A program made the position numbers and the translations under genes. Below, piece after piece: positions 25,101 through 38,444 of a stretch of 64,000 bases of DNA (positions within the stretch are counted from its first letter, which is position 1; each line of letters opens with the position of its first letter). The DNA comes from Camelus dromedarius (taxonomy: Eukaryota). The stretch lies in contig NC_087437.1 in NCBI RefSeq assembly GCF_036321535.1, forward strand, positions 90,770,001 through 90,834,000, in the 5' to 3' direction. Below the pieces are notes generated by a model, which was given only the letters and a program-made list of their open reading frames with translations, had not been told where the DNA came from and did no database searches.

Positions 25101-25707
25101 TGAAAATAATACATTGCATAATTGAAAGAACTCTTGAGACAACAGAGCATTTAAATGTAAGGCTTTTAAAAAGACAAAGGATACGATAAAGCACAAGAAA
25201 AAGAGGGAGAGAGTTCAGACAAGAATTAGGGGCCCCTCAAACTTCCAGAAGCATCTCCCTTAAGTCCTTGCAGTGAACACAAGGATGTATTTTGTCTAAA
25301 TTGAATCACCAAAATTTGTATGATGAATATTGATTTGGGGAGAGCTACCTGAAAATTTCCAGTGGGTCTTTCATGACTTCCTTTTACATTGTTAAGTCCA
25401 TTTGTCTAAGTGATTACTTCAGGTGCAAGCTATCCATAAGCCAACTGGGTCTGAGTTCCACAAGGGAGTTTCAGATGTGAAACAGCACAGGGTAAGTCAT
25501 TAGTTAGTTAAATCCCTTTATCTTGATCAAGAGTCAGTGCCAGATTTATAGGCATCCCCAGAGATAATCGCCGCTGTGTGAATCCAGCTGAAAATATCCT
25601 AGGAGCTAATAATATGTTAATTACTATAGTTTTATAAGAGTTAATAAAAATACTAAAAATTCAAGTAAATTCACGTTTATATTTTTAGAAGTATTATGTA
25701 TGCTTAT

Positions 25708-26570
25708 GTAGTCAGACAGCTTTTGTTTTGTGAAAAATCGTATCAAGGATTTAATGGCTCAGAACAACAACCATTTATTTAGCTCCTGATTCTCCTATTT
25801 AGCAATTTGGGCTGGGCTCAGCTGGGCTGTTCTTCTCACCTAAGAAGGATTTATTCCTGTGTCTACAGCCAGCTGCTGGGTTGATTTCGGTGCTGGTGGT
25901 TTTGGAAGGCCTCAGCTGGGATAGTTCCTTTCTGCTTCACAGGTCTCTTACTTTACAGCAGACTATTCAGGACTTGTTTATATGGTATCTTGATAGAGTT
26001 CTTAGAGTAGAAATCTGCAAGGCTTTTTAAAGTGTATCCTCAGGGCTGGTACAGTGCCACTTATGCCACATTTTATTGGCCAAAACAAATAGCACAGGTT
26101 GTGCTCTCTAGAAGTAGATAATGTGATGGTCTTTGGGATATAAGTTATTTATTATGGACTAGCACCTGTAGAGGAAGAGAGGAAACGTGATAGGGGTGAG
26201 GGAGAAGTCGAGCTGCATTGCGGCTTCAGCAGCCTCAAGCCACGTGGCGAGCTCTGGGGTAAGTCCTGCCTGTCAGTGTCCTGCATTGGACCGCAGTGAC
26301 TGAGCCCTTATTTTCCTTCCTTCTCAGGCCCTGCAACTGGGCAGCCTGGAAAGAAACTGACTTTCAGTGACATGGCTCTCTTTAAGTGAGGCAGAGTGGC
26401 AGCTGTAAGCTCGCTAGTGACTGTATACTTCACAGCTGGACAGTAAGTCTTTCCTTAAAGGGGGATCTAGGAAGTGCATTTTCAAATTAAGGAATTCAGC
26501 AAGTCAGAGGGTCAGCCCGGGTTTAAGAGGAGAGGAAAGTGATTCAACATCTTTAATGCAAGAAGCAGGT
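25708..26570 (-). mobile_element. MLT1 (G/H-like) MaLR LTR split by an LTR16 insertion
   Basis: 'aacaacaaccatttatttagctc...gcaatttgggctgggctcagctggg...tgccacattttattggccaaa', resuming at 'agcaagtcagagggtcagcccggg'. Confidence 0.7.
26097..26483 (-). mobile_element. LTR16-family ERVL LTR
   Basis: 'cacctgtagagg...gagggagaagtcgagctgca...aagtctttccttaaagggggatctagg'. Confidence 0.7.
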
Positions 26571-27434
26571 GGTATCAACCGTGATGATACTTGCACACTT
26601 TCATAATGTATAAAGAGACCTTGAGCACAATTTGTACTTAGTATAACTATAGTATAACTTAGAATGAACTTCTAAAAAACAAAGGACAAAGAAAGTTACA
26701 GAGTAGGTATGTTTTGTTGTAAGTAGGTATATAGTAGCCCATCTACCTACTTGTACCTAGATGAAATTGTATGATTTCTCTGTTCTTGGGTGTAACTCTT
26801 GTCAACTGTACATTCAGCATCATAAATAAAATTCTTGGAATGCTGAGTGATTTCATGTTAGAATTAATGGCATTATCCTTTATCCCATTCTAGACAGGCT
26901 AAGCACTTTGATGTAATTTCACTGTCTGAAATATGACTTGATTGTCAGTTATCAATTATTAAAATTTGATGTAGCTAAGTCTGCCGAAAAGAGAAACTTG
27001 GACAAGAGTCTAAGAGGGCTGAGATGTAACCCAAGATATTCAACTAAATTTCATTATGATTCTGGGCAGAACATTTCTCTTTTGTGGCCTTGTCAAATGT
27101 AAAATAGAGACCCCATCTAAGTTCTTTGTGCTCTTTATTTTCCACTGCTTTTGTAGCACAAATTTTGTGACCTATTGTTTCAAATATTTTTCCTTTGGGA
27201 CTTATTCCATCTAGTAAATGCTTCCTGTTAAGTCCTTAGTTAGAGACTTCATTTATCCACTTTTATTTTATTCCACATTGATTTTTCACTAGAGTATCTT
27301 TCATGAGTCTGCATCTTGGTATCAGCTCCCTTCTCATTTTGCAGAGGTGAGCTATCAGATGGCAACTGCTCTATATATCAGTCTGCCGTCTGTATGTTCA
27401 AGTCAGCAGAAGTAATTGTGGAGGAGTAAAAGAA

Positions 27435-27845
27435 AACCTGACATTCTTTTGGGAAAAAAAATCTTTACATTGAGTAATTCTTGATAAGTGGTGGCTTACA
27501 GTGAATGACCCTGACTATGCAGCCTTCAGGGAGATGTTCCCTGTTCCTAGTGATGGGTCTTAGCTGTCAGTGTGACAGTCAGTCAGTTGTCACAAAATCC
27601 CCCAAACTTCACACTCTGAATCTAAGCACTGTGCCACCAACATCAGCGACTATGCCCTGGACATGACAAATACTGATAAGAGAAAGAGATTTTACAGCTA
27701 TCCAGACAAATTCATTGCAGCAGTACCAGCATCTAATGTGGTAATCATAGTGCAGGATTTCAACGTGTGGGATAGCACTGTTGCCAACATGTGCTGTGGG
27801 GCAAATGTACCTCACTGGATTGGAATGAAAAACACAAAATTATGA
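27435..27845 (+). mobile_element. Fossil RTE-clade LINE, APE endonuclease region
   Basis: Translation of 27621-27845 'SKHCATNISDYALDMTNTDKRKRFYSYPDKFIAAVPASNVVIIVQDFNVWDSTVANMCCGANVPHWIGMKN' parallels the RTE motif 'HATIISAYAPTMTNxDExKxxFYxxLxxLIxAVPxxDKLIILGDFNARVG...HGIGKCN'; upstream 'DYAAFRE' resembles 'DIAALSE'. Confidence 0.7.
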
Positions 27846-30800
27846 GTAAATATCCCCATCATAAAGAATGTGCTCAGAATAATTGAGAATGATCTGGATA
27901 TGATATTATTTATTAACATTGTTGTATAGAACAGGTTCCAAAGAACAACTGGTAAGAAGTAACAAAAACAAGAGCTCTGACTGACTAAATTTGAACTATT
28001 CTCTGAATTGACACTTGATTCATGATTATAAATGAAGCCTATTTTTAATGTTATAAAAGAAATTTATAATTAATATATTCAGGTAGGTCCAAATGTTGTT
28101 CCAAATCAGCAGGAAAAAAAAAAAAACCCAGCATAGTTCTTTAAACCATCAGTTTTTAGATGAATTTATCCACAGGAAAATACTTTCAAACTGTACTATA
28201 TATTTTTTGTCTTAGGGTATTTTTTTATTCCTTGCTTCAGAAGGCAGGAAAGGTTGTTAAAAATAGACAGGTTGGAACATAATATATTGACAGTTTATTC
28301 AGGATAATTTTCTTCAGAAAAACAAAATTAGAGCAAGGTTTGAAATTAGTATCAAAAAATGAATAGAAATATTTAATGGATTCTGGTACCAGTGGATGCA
28401 GAAATCCCTACCACATTGCCTGTGTCCATTTGTCTTGAAGTTCCCTGCCTGTCTTGTCATTTACCATCTTCATCATAAATAAAATTTACTGAAGGATAAT
28501 GTTTTTTTCTAGGTCCTTGGAGTTCAGTCCTCTCTCAGGCCTAGTATTGAGCAAATTTTCACATTAACTATGGGAAATGTGAAAAAGTATTTTTAAAAAA
28601 TGAGAGAGGGACTATCATCTGCTGTCTTTCTTCACTGAATAAATAAAATCCAATTTCTTTAACATTGATTAGTTTAGAATGGCAGGATACAGAAATATCA
28701 CCTCATAGTTAAGTAGGGATTCCTGATTCATTTGAGGCACTCAATGCATTTGTTTTTGTCAAAAGCTTTACTTCATATCATATGGTTTAAATTATTCTAT
28801 ATATAACATTTAAAAATTTAGCTTTTAGGGGAAATTCATACATGAGTACTAGGTAACTCAGGCTACCATATTTCAAAACTATTTTTGTCCCTGGATGACT
28901 CAATTCTCCGTTTTCCATAATCCCTTAAAACACTTTACTTGGAAATAGAAAGCATGTTTCACCAAGTGGCTGTTTAAATTTGAAATTCCACAGTTACCAG
29001 AGTCCAATAGATAGTAACTTGGCAAGCACATTTTTTTCTAGTTTTTAAGGTAAAGAAGCTAAAATGAATCACAATATAGGAAAAATCATTAATTGCATAT
29101 ATACAGAATCTTGCATTATATCTGGGTTATAAGTCTTTAATTTTTAAAGCTAAGTCAGGTTTGCTTTTTATTTATGGGCTTTTCCTAGATATTTGAAATG
29201 GATAAAGTGAAAGCAAGAAAACTTATTCATCAACATACATTGCTGTGACTTGACTTGTAAAGATGTTGTTACTCCTTTGTATCAGAACTGAGCCACAGTT
29301 GGCTACTCACTCCCCCGACACTGAGTCACTGCCATGTTCTCCACTCAGCTCCAAAATAAAGTGGCAGATTTTTATGGGTGGAACCAGAAAAGCACAGGTG
29401 GTACCACCTACTGTAAATCCTTTCCTTCTTTTTAGCTCAGTAACAGCTGTTGGTCTTTTCACAGTCTGGTGAAAGCAAAACAAGGCATAGAACGTGGGCT
29501 ATTGACATTGTGCAGCAATGCCATTTGTTTTCTCAGATCATGACAACCAATGGCAGCTGGAGAAGTGTTTCCTTTTCAGGCTTCAGATAAAAATCTTCAG
29601 GTCTGACTTCTTAACTTGCAAACAGTGCTGTTGATCTATTGATTAGTTCTGGGCACATTGCAAATTATATAACTACCATGTGTTGTAGTCTCACTAATTT
29701 GAGAATATGTATTATATATTTTAAAGGAATTTTAAGAATTAATGAGCATCTGTTTCATCCTGTCTAGGCATATGGGGGAGAGAGATTAAAAAAAAGGGAA
29801 CAAACTGTTTTGAGGCTTGGTAATGTTGCCTTAAATGCCCTTTTCAGTGAGAATAGGATTTCCCTCTCTCATTCCCCACAAAAAGCCAGGCTTTCCATTC
29901 ATAGAGTCTTAGTATGGGAAGAGGTAGAATGCCATACGTTTGATTAGGACTGGGTCACAAAAGAGTCTTAGGTATAGGGCTGGCCCAATTGTTGGTGAAA
30001 AGGAGTTTCAATTAGAATAATTAAAGGGAGGTAACACATTTGGGCTTTATTCAGGCAATCTTCCAGATCCATGATGGCTTGTTCACCTTGATAGAGTTTG
30101 CAATAGGATACTCTAGGCAGTAGCATTAATCAAACTTATACTGTTTTGAAACAGTATCCTTGTTAAGGCATAGACAGTGGGAAGTGCTCAGAAAGTAGCT
30201 CCTAGAGAACAAGGTTTATAATAAGACTAATATCATCCTGTCCAGACTGCTGAGTCTGAGAATATCTTGATATCCTGAGATTTTATTCTAGATTAAATCA
30301 GCAACTGGATAAGGCTGAGGCTATGTATTGGTAACAATTAAGCCAAGAGTTGACGAGTTGGAAAAAAACAAGAGTAAATGAAAGGGCTTACAGCAGTGGC
30401 TCTAAAGCACTAAGTATCTGCAAGAATGAAGTTTGGCATACTATGCAGAAGATAATTAAAAGGGAACCAGTAGTTCTATTGTCAGGTCTAGGAGTTTGCA
30501 TTTTAAAATCCCAAATGATTTCAGTGTAGAAGCCCACCTCCTGCATTGCAATTTTATAAACAGTGTCCGTTGTCTAGAAATGAAATGCCTAAACAAACAT
30601 AATGAACGATTAAAAATGATACATTGCCATAAGAGAAATATGGGCATCAGGGAAAGTGTTAAGATTATTTTGAATTCATCTTGTCTTTAAGAACCTTCAT
30701 CTCAGATTAAGAAGGGAGAGAATCTGACGCAGATGGAAAGTGGTAAGCAGATGTGTGGAGGTGGGTCATCTTATGTTATACTCACCCTAAATATTTATTC

Positions 30801-30889
30801 CAGAGGAATAGTTCCTATAAAGTCACTGGGTATTGGCGGGGGTGGAGGGAGGGGAGTCAGTATCTAAAAGATAACAATGTGCAATAGTG

Positions 30890-31180
30890 AAGCTGAAAGG
30901 GATGTTTGAAATCATCTCATCAGACTTCTTACTCCAGAGATGAGAAGACAAATCTAGAAAGCTATCTCGTTCTCTGTAGGAAACCTTAGCTATTCATTCA
31001 TGTCAACAAAATGTTGCCCCTTAAGTTTTAAACACTGATCTGGAACCTAGACTCATGAATCAGTACCTAACAAGTCTATCTGTCTCCTAAGAAAGTCTTC
31101 AAATATTGAAGACATTTAAAAATCTCACTGTTTTTCTTTTTTCTTTCTTTTAAATTGGTCCTAATTCTTCATCCCTAAAT
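30890..31180 (-). mobile_element. L3/CR1 (MIR3-related) fragment
   Basis: 'gctgaaagggatgtttgaaatcatct' and 'aacaagtcta...tcttcaaatattgaagaca'. Confidence 0.45.
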
Positions 31181-31899
31181 CAAATAATTATTTTTTATAT
31201 ATTTATTTCTATTATTTTATCTTTATAATTATGCCAGATTTATCCCATCCATGTTTTTGAGCAGTTTTCTAGGTTGTGCTTATTTTAAATATTGAAAGAA
31301 AATTAATCTACAAGTTTATAAATAAAATAACTTTGAATTTCCTCAATATCCTTTCTTTGAATCTGCCCTTCTTAGAGTTGGGCCTTCCTAAAATGAAGTG
31401 AAGGAAATTAAACTCCAGGGAGTTAAGAAGAAACTTAGTAGTGAGCCTCAAAGTGTGTTATCATTTGTTCTCATCAGCTTAGTAATGTCTCAAGAAGACA
31501 ATATAAATCATGAACAATTACAGAAATAATGGAAGGATGATATCAGTTAACCATTCTCAGTCCACTCTTTGATCCATCCTGACTTATTTTCTGTAGCCAC
31601 AGTTCTTCCCTTGAAGACCAACATCACCAAGCTCTGGCTGATACTCAATTTTGATTTTAGAGCCACCTTTACTGGGTGAAAGAACAAAAGAGCAATGTAT
31701 AATACAGTTATTTCTAAATTAAAAAAACATAAATTCATTCTAAAATAGTTGTGAGTGAAAATATATACTGTAATTTCCATTTGCCATAAATTTGTATTAT
31801 TAAATTGAAAAGCATTTTCTAGAAAAAAATCAAGTGAGTTGAGCAAAAACTGACCCCAAAAAATGGAAAGAAATATGGAGAAAATGGATCTGTGCTCAT

Positions 31900-32030
31900 C
31901 TGGCAAAATATTTCAGTTCCATGAGCTTCAGTTTCCTTACTAGTAAAATAAAGAAATCAGTACTATTTTTACAAGTATGTTGAGATGATTAAATAAGAAA
32001 AATTGTGAATCAGTATGAAATTAATGTTAT
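31900..32030 (+). mobile_element. MIR fragment
   Basis: 'tgagcttcagtttccttactagtaaaat...gttgagatgattaaataaga'. Confidence 0.6.
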
Positions 32031-32480
32031 CAATATTATAACATTAAAGTATAAAGATAAAATATCTTTAAGTATAGCAACATTAAATTAGTGTTATTCT
32101 TCCTTATGGCCATTGCTAGGAGGTTAATGCAGGATATTTAAGTTTAATTTGATATTTTATAAGTCCAATATTAGGTTAGAAAAGTAGAGATATTTTAATA
32201 TTGACATAGGGCATCTTTACTTTTAGTAAGAATGGTTTTCAGTGAGGAGTCAGTGTATAATCATTTAATGGTATGTTTTACAGAAACAGATCTTGTTGAA
32301 TGTATTTTGGTCTCTTAAGGGAATGAAGGTACTATTCAAAACTTTTAATAAATGAAACCACTGATAAATTGAGGTGTTCAAGTCACATGGATAAACACAG
32401 AACAGAGATTACATATAGAATGTTACACTGATTTTCAGTTAATTCAATTACCATATAATGAGGAAAAACTATATTATATA

Positions 32481-32670
32481 CAGCTGGCCCTTGAACATGA
32501 GGTTTAGGAGCATTGACACTATATAACTTTATACTTGGTCCTCTGTATCTGCAGGTCCTCATCCTCAGATTCAACCAACCTTGGATTGTGTAGTACTACA
32601 GTATTTATTGAAAATATTTGCATATAAGTAGACCCATGCTGTTTAAATCCATGTTGTTCAAGGATCAGCT
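32481..32670. mobile_element. Tigger2-derived MITE (TcMar-Tigger)
   Basis: TIRs cagctggcccttgaaca / tgttcaaggatcagct, TA on the 5' side, internal 'gattcaaccaacc...tgtgtagtactacagtattta'. Confidence 0.85.
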
Positions 32671-34011
32671 CTTCTAGGTTATATCCTTTTCATTATTCTT
32701 CTTGATTTTACAGTATTTAAAGGTAAAAATTCATCATGGTTGAGATGTTCTTCATAGTACGAATTTGTGTCATTTTAATAATTCAGATATTTGGTATTCT
32801 TGGTGTCCTCTTAACATTAATTTTTAACATCTAATCAAGCTAACACTGATAAAGTATATCTTTAATAAACCTATGACTTTCAACCCATTATTTGTATTTA
32901 TAAGATAACAATATTACGATCTTTCATATAGTTATAGCACATTTACTTTGGGTTTGTTTTCTCTGTTACTCTTTTTCTTCTTTTTAGCTAATGCCTTGGT
33001 CATGTTGAATCACATTGATTCCTCCTCTTTAGCTTTCCTTCTGTTTGTGATATTTATGTCAACATAAACATGTAGAATGCTGCATGTCAAAGCACTAAAA
33101 GATCATTTATTTGATTCACATGTTTAATTAAAGCTGTGAGTACATAAAGAGCCTCTTCTTTAAAAATCTATCCTCATTCATTGAAAAAAAAAAAAAGCCA
33201 TAATGGGGGACTACTTTCCACCTCTTTTCTTCCTAAACCTAACCAAAACAAATTAGTCATTCAACAGCAAATGTCAGGAACTCAATGAGGAACACCTTTG
33301 TTTAATTACAACAATTGCATATACAGAGCTTAGAATGGTAGTAGACCCAGAAGCTACAAACTCTGCATCTGTTTCACTATGCCACTGTTTTTACTTATAC
33401 TGTCAATTTGCTTTTTGATTAATTTTCCTCTAGTTGAATACTATTCTTAACTAACATTCTGAACTGTTTACTATTTGCAGGCTTTATTTTTCTTAAATAC
33501 ACTATAGCAATTTATCACTCTGCTTACTAAATTGGACTATAATTTTCCTTTTCCATATTCATTTTCTTTCACATATAATATTGTGATATTTTTCTGACAC
33601 TTTCTGATGAGTAGCATTCCTTATTTTAATTAATAAATTTAATTGTAAACATTTTTTACTTTTTTAATGAAATCGCATTGATTTAGATTTCACCTAAGTG
33701 AATTTCTGTGTCACCACATTGCTTGCTTACCTTCAGACTTAGAACTTTTAGTCATCACTCTGAATTTATGCTTCTTACACAAATTTTAATGGGTGTTTCT
33801 ATTCATATATATGTTAATTCAAATTGCTATTAAAAGATATTGTATAAACCATTATATAGATCAGTATTATAGAAATCTAAAGCAAAATTTTGTATTTTGA
33901 AAAATCATAATAATGTATCACTATTTATAACTCTATATAAGTACATGATTAATAAAATAATTTATTTGCATCTTTCATTTCTTCCTGTGACCTTATTTTC
34001 CCATAGTCCTT

Positions 34012-35110
34012 GTTAATTTATTTTTACCTTTTTACTGTAATACATGACAGACTAACAGAAATCCACACAACCACACAAAAATATGTATAGCATAATTATT
34101 ATAAGGCAAACACCACCCAGTCAAAAAATACAACTTTGCCAGCCTCCCTAGATACTCATGTATATATCCCCTTGCCATCACAATCCTCTTCCCTCCTGCC
34201 AAATGTACCCCTATCTTGACTCTTGCAATAATCATTTTCCTTACCTGTGACTGTTGGGATGTCTGAGTCAAACTTTTGGTATGTAGAGCTTTCCACAGTG
34301 TGGATTTTGCCAATTACATATTTATTGCACTTTTGTTGTTCAGTATTTCTCTGTTTTTCTGTGCCCTGAAATGTGTCACATGGATCCAAGGTTTGATCAG
34401 AGACGGGTCCAAGGCCTTTGGCTTGACCATGGTGGCACTCTGCCCTTTCATCATGAGACACTAAATTTGGTTGTCTCTTGTAGAGATGCTTTCCTTATCT
34501 ACTGTGTAATTACCCCTTGGATCAGTTCATATAGAAAAGCCATGATAAATATTTATTTCCTTTATTTACCAGTTTTCAAAATAATGAGTTAGTTCTTTTC
34601 TATTTCCTATAGGTGACCAATTATTTTTTAAAATTTCATTAGGAACTCATGATTTAAATGTAATTTATGAGTTTCAATTATTTGCAAATACTATACTTAT
34701 TGAAATAACTTTGGCCAGTGGAAACCTCTTAAACATGATTCCTAATTCTTCTGGTCATATCATAGTAGTTTTGCTAATATCTTTAGTGTCTAGTATGATA
34801 AGATGTTCCAGGCCCACCCTGAACATTTCTTTCCCCAGACTTGGGAACAGCCATTTTTCTAATAAGTCCTAGTCCCTAGTTGACAGTGGTATTTCTGAAT
34901 TATAGTCTGAGTAGTCTGGATGCTCATTGCTACTGGCCTAATCATTGATTTTAGTCCTTTGCTGAGGAAAGCGTTAGGAAATGTGTGTATATATGTGTGG
35001 TTCTGTAGTCTTTAACCTATTTTTCCACACAAAGTATCCTGATTCTCAATAACACAGCAAGAATCGGAATATTTTATAATTCCACACTTATTTTATCCAA
35101 CATTAAACAA
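34012..35110 (-). mobile_element. Old L1 3' UTR fragments (L1MD/L1MC4-5-like)
   Basis: 'aaggcaaacaccacccagtcaa...tttgccagc' and 'aagatgttccaggcccacc...ccccagacttgggaacagccattttt'. Confidence 0.65.
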
Positions 35111-35777
35111 ACAACAATCTCTTGCCTCACATTTCTTTCCTTGAATATCTCAAATGTTTTTATCCATTTTCTTATAGCATGCAAGCTTAGTTGTGAAAAC
35201 TATAAATAAAGAAAAATGATTACTGTAAAACTATGATGATAATCTAATTTTCTTCCTCTTTTACGTCACTGTTTTTCCAAATATCCAAACATTGTTTAAT
35301 TTAATATACTTACTAGAACATTTTTTGGTGTTGGTCATTCTCATTCAATATTCTCAGGTGTATAAAGTGATTTTCATTGTGTTTTTAGGTATATAATTTC
35401 AATGTATATATATTTCTATTTCACAAAGGTTATTTTATATGTAGCTATTTTATTATGCTCTCTTACTGTTGCTTTTTCTTGATTAAAAATATTTTAAGTA
35501 TGCTTGATCTTATTTGCCTCCCTTAATGTTTGTGAATTTCTTTTGGATCTGTTTTATCTTTTTGTTGCATAGATTTTTACTATATCTTTCAGATTTTTGA
35601 AATAATTCCAAACTTATGGAAAAATTAGAAGTAAAATACCAATGACATTCTTTTTCCCTGAAACTTTGTATATATGTCTTTTACATGGTGCCCACCAACA
35701 CCATATAATTTACTGTGTATTTCCTCTACAAAAGTACTTTGTGTAACACAATGTCAATTAACTATTTAAACCAGTAA

Positions 35778-35885
35778 ATTAACATATAATTAACATATTA
35801 TTTGTATCTATCCTTGGGCATATTCAATTATATATTAATATATAATTAATAAATTATTTCTATCTATCCTTGGGCATATTCAATT
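35778..35885. repeat. 56-bp-period tandem duplication
   Basis: Two copies ending 'tatctatccttgggcatattcaatt'. Confidence 0.9.
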
Positions 35886-35900
35886 TTTGCCAATTATCCT

Positions 35901-36424
35901 TGTCAAGACTTTCTCAGATTTTACCAGATTTATAAGCTAACAAGTTAACCTATCATAGCTTCCTGGATGCCAACTGTATACATGTGAACTGTGAATCAGA
36001 GACAAAAGACTTTTTTACTCACAGTATAAAAAGCAATGGGAACTTCATTCATGTTTGTGTCAAATTCTCTTGCTCCCCAGTTCCCATGGAGGTGACATGG
36101 TGTGGCTTAAGGATGCTGCCAATGTAATCAGAGTACACCTCTGATGAAAAACTGTGAGGCCAGGAAACCTTAATATTTTCATAATGGGGTAAGAGCTAGT
36201 CTCTTTAACCTTTGCCCTGGAGAGAGACATTATTCTTTTAATTAGTTATCCAGTTATCAAACAAATCTTATGTCTGCTTCAAAGAAGAGTACCATCTCTC
36301 TTTCCCAAGTCTGTTTGTTATACAACCATTTTTCAAACGATAAAGCAAAGCAAATTCCATCAGAACCTTTGTTCAAAGGATGTGTAAAAAATGTGAAAGA
36401 GTCATGGAAAATTGTCTGCCAACA
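35901..36424 (-). mobile_element. MER74-like ERVL solo LTR
   Basis: 'gattttaccagatttataagctaacaagttaacct...tcagagacaaaagactt...actcacag' and end 'catggaaaattgtctgccaaca'. Confidence 0.65.
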
Positions 36425-38444
36425 TCCCAGCAATGTCTGTATTTGTTATGTTTCTTCAGTCTCCTTCAGTGGACAAGGGTTTCTCACGCATTCTTTGACT
36501 TTCATTGTCTTAACATTTTTGAAGATTATAAGTTTGTTATTATGTAGTGTATTCTTCAATTTGGGTAGGTTTATACTTTTTTATGCTAGATTCAGTTATT
36601 CAGTAACTGAATTCAGTAAATTTCTGGTAAGAATATTATAGAAATACTACTTTATTCTTCATGTATACTGTTAAGTTTGTCCCATTACTGATACTGCTTT
36701 TATCTTTTTATTAAACTGATATCTACCAGGTTTCTTCATTCAGAATTACTGCATTTAATTTAGTAAATATTTCATGGGAGAATACTTTGTAAATGTCCTT
36801 CTCATCAAACACTTATTATGTGTTTTATTAACTGCTAAAGATTTTCTCACGAATTCATTATTGTTTTGACAACTAATGATTTTTAAATTTTATTCTTCAA
36901 TTGTACATTAATATGTTGGCATTCTACTTTAAAGTACAGATTTCTCATTTATATATCCATTTATTTCTTTATATGTGCATGGATACATGCATTTCTATTT
37001 CATTTAATGGATTGGAATCCCTTTTTTTCATTATGTAATTCTCAAATTTTCTGATATTTGGCAACCAAGAGCCACTTCCAGCTAGTTGCAGTATCTTGAT
37101 AGTTTTACTGTCCTGACATCTTATGGTGTAGGACAGTTTTTAGAAAACAAGATCTAGGCCACAGGTGGGCTATTATTGGATGTTGCTGTCCACAAACCCT
37201 CACAGTGGACAAAGACGGGAAATATAATTTACTCGGATATTCATTACTATATTACATTTATATTTATTTTTGCATCTACCCCATACTTGGAAAATGATGA
37301 GTTCATACTGATAACTCTAATGGTGATTCAGTATCCAGTATCATTTGGGAGGAAAAGGAGGAAGAAAAAGGGGACGCAAAAGGCAAAGAGAAGGGATTCA
37401 TTATCTCATTTTAATTTAAAAAAAATGTTTCTCATTTTAACTAACATTTCTCTTAAGGTATTATCTGTGATGATTATTCACTCTTACATCTCTTCTAACT
37501 TGGTCTTCATTTCCATTTAAAAAAATGAATTCTTTCTTGAGTGCTCCATATTATTTCTGAGATTTTCCATTTCTTTCTTATGTTTTTATAAAATGTGTTT
37601 TATTCTTTTGTATTATCTTTGAACATATTTTGTAATAGTACATTATAGTTTTTATTTGCTCTGTGAGTATGTCTTTCTGGAGTGCTTTCATTGTTTACAG
37701 GGATAGTATTGTGTGCCTTTATCTCTTTTCTTTATAATGTCTTTGAAGAGGATTTGATTTCAGTATTTTCTGATGCTCATTTTAACGTAAAATTGGTTTT
37801 CCTGGACTTCTAGAATGAGATTTGATCCAGGTTAGCTTTTATAAATTTGCAGAAGATTCAAGAGTTTTCAAGGCTCAGACTGCTCCAGTTGCTTTCGAAC
37901 TTGTGTTGTACCTTCCATTCATGTACAGTTTGATAGGGAGAAACCTCCCATTTCATTGGTTGTTCTCACATTGGCATCATTTGTTCTTTAGCGACTTTCT
38001 GTTGGCTCTTTTGGGGTTCTTATATTTTCTAGTTCATCAGCTAACCCTTTGATTATCTTCCTTTCATTCTGCATAGTTGTTGATACTATGCAGGTTTTTT
38101 GGCTGTTGGTTGTTTGTCTTTGCATACTTATATTTGAAGATTTATGTAGGAACCCATGTTACCAAGTTTTGTTGCAAGTGTTGCCCAATTATTTTCAGGT
38201 TTGCTGTTTTATTATGTTTTCTGCTTTATGTGATGATATGGAAAGATTAAAAAAAAATATGTCATTGATGCCCCCCAAATGGTCCTAGAATCTTGTGTTT
38301 ATATTTTTAAACTGTACATTTCATAAAAGGACTAAAGTTAAATGTTAATTGTAAATATTTTACAATTTTGAAGTGTTATAGACAAGAGAATAAGGGTAAG
38401 TATTCTAAGCTTTTTACTATACGAGAAAAAAAAAATTTGAATCC

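Larger units (their letters stand above)
35580..37340 (-). mobile_element. L1MC4/5-like 3' UTR interrupted by an LTR
   Basis: 'ttgaaataattccaaacttatggaaaaattag', 'ttgactttcattgtcttaacatttttgaagatta', 'tttagaaaacaagatctagg', 'atgagttcatactgata'. Confidence 0.6.

Noticed and set aside
24601..25196. Cluster of Phe-rich, Lys-rich and CV-repeat ORFs
   Set aside because: Artefacts of T-rich and (CA)n simple repeats
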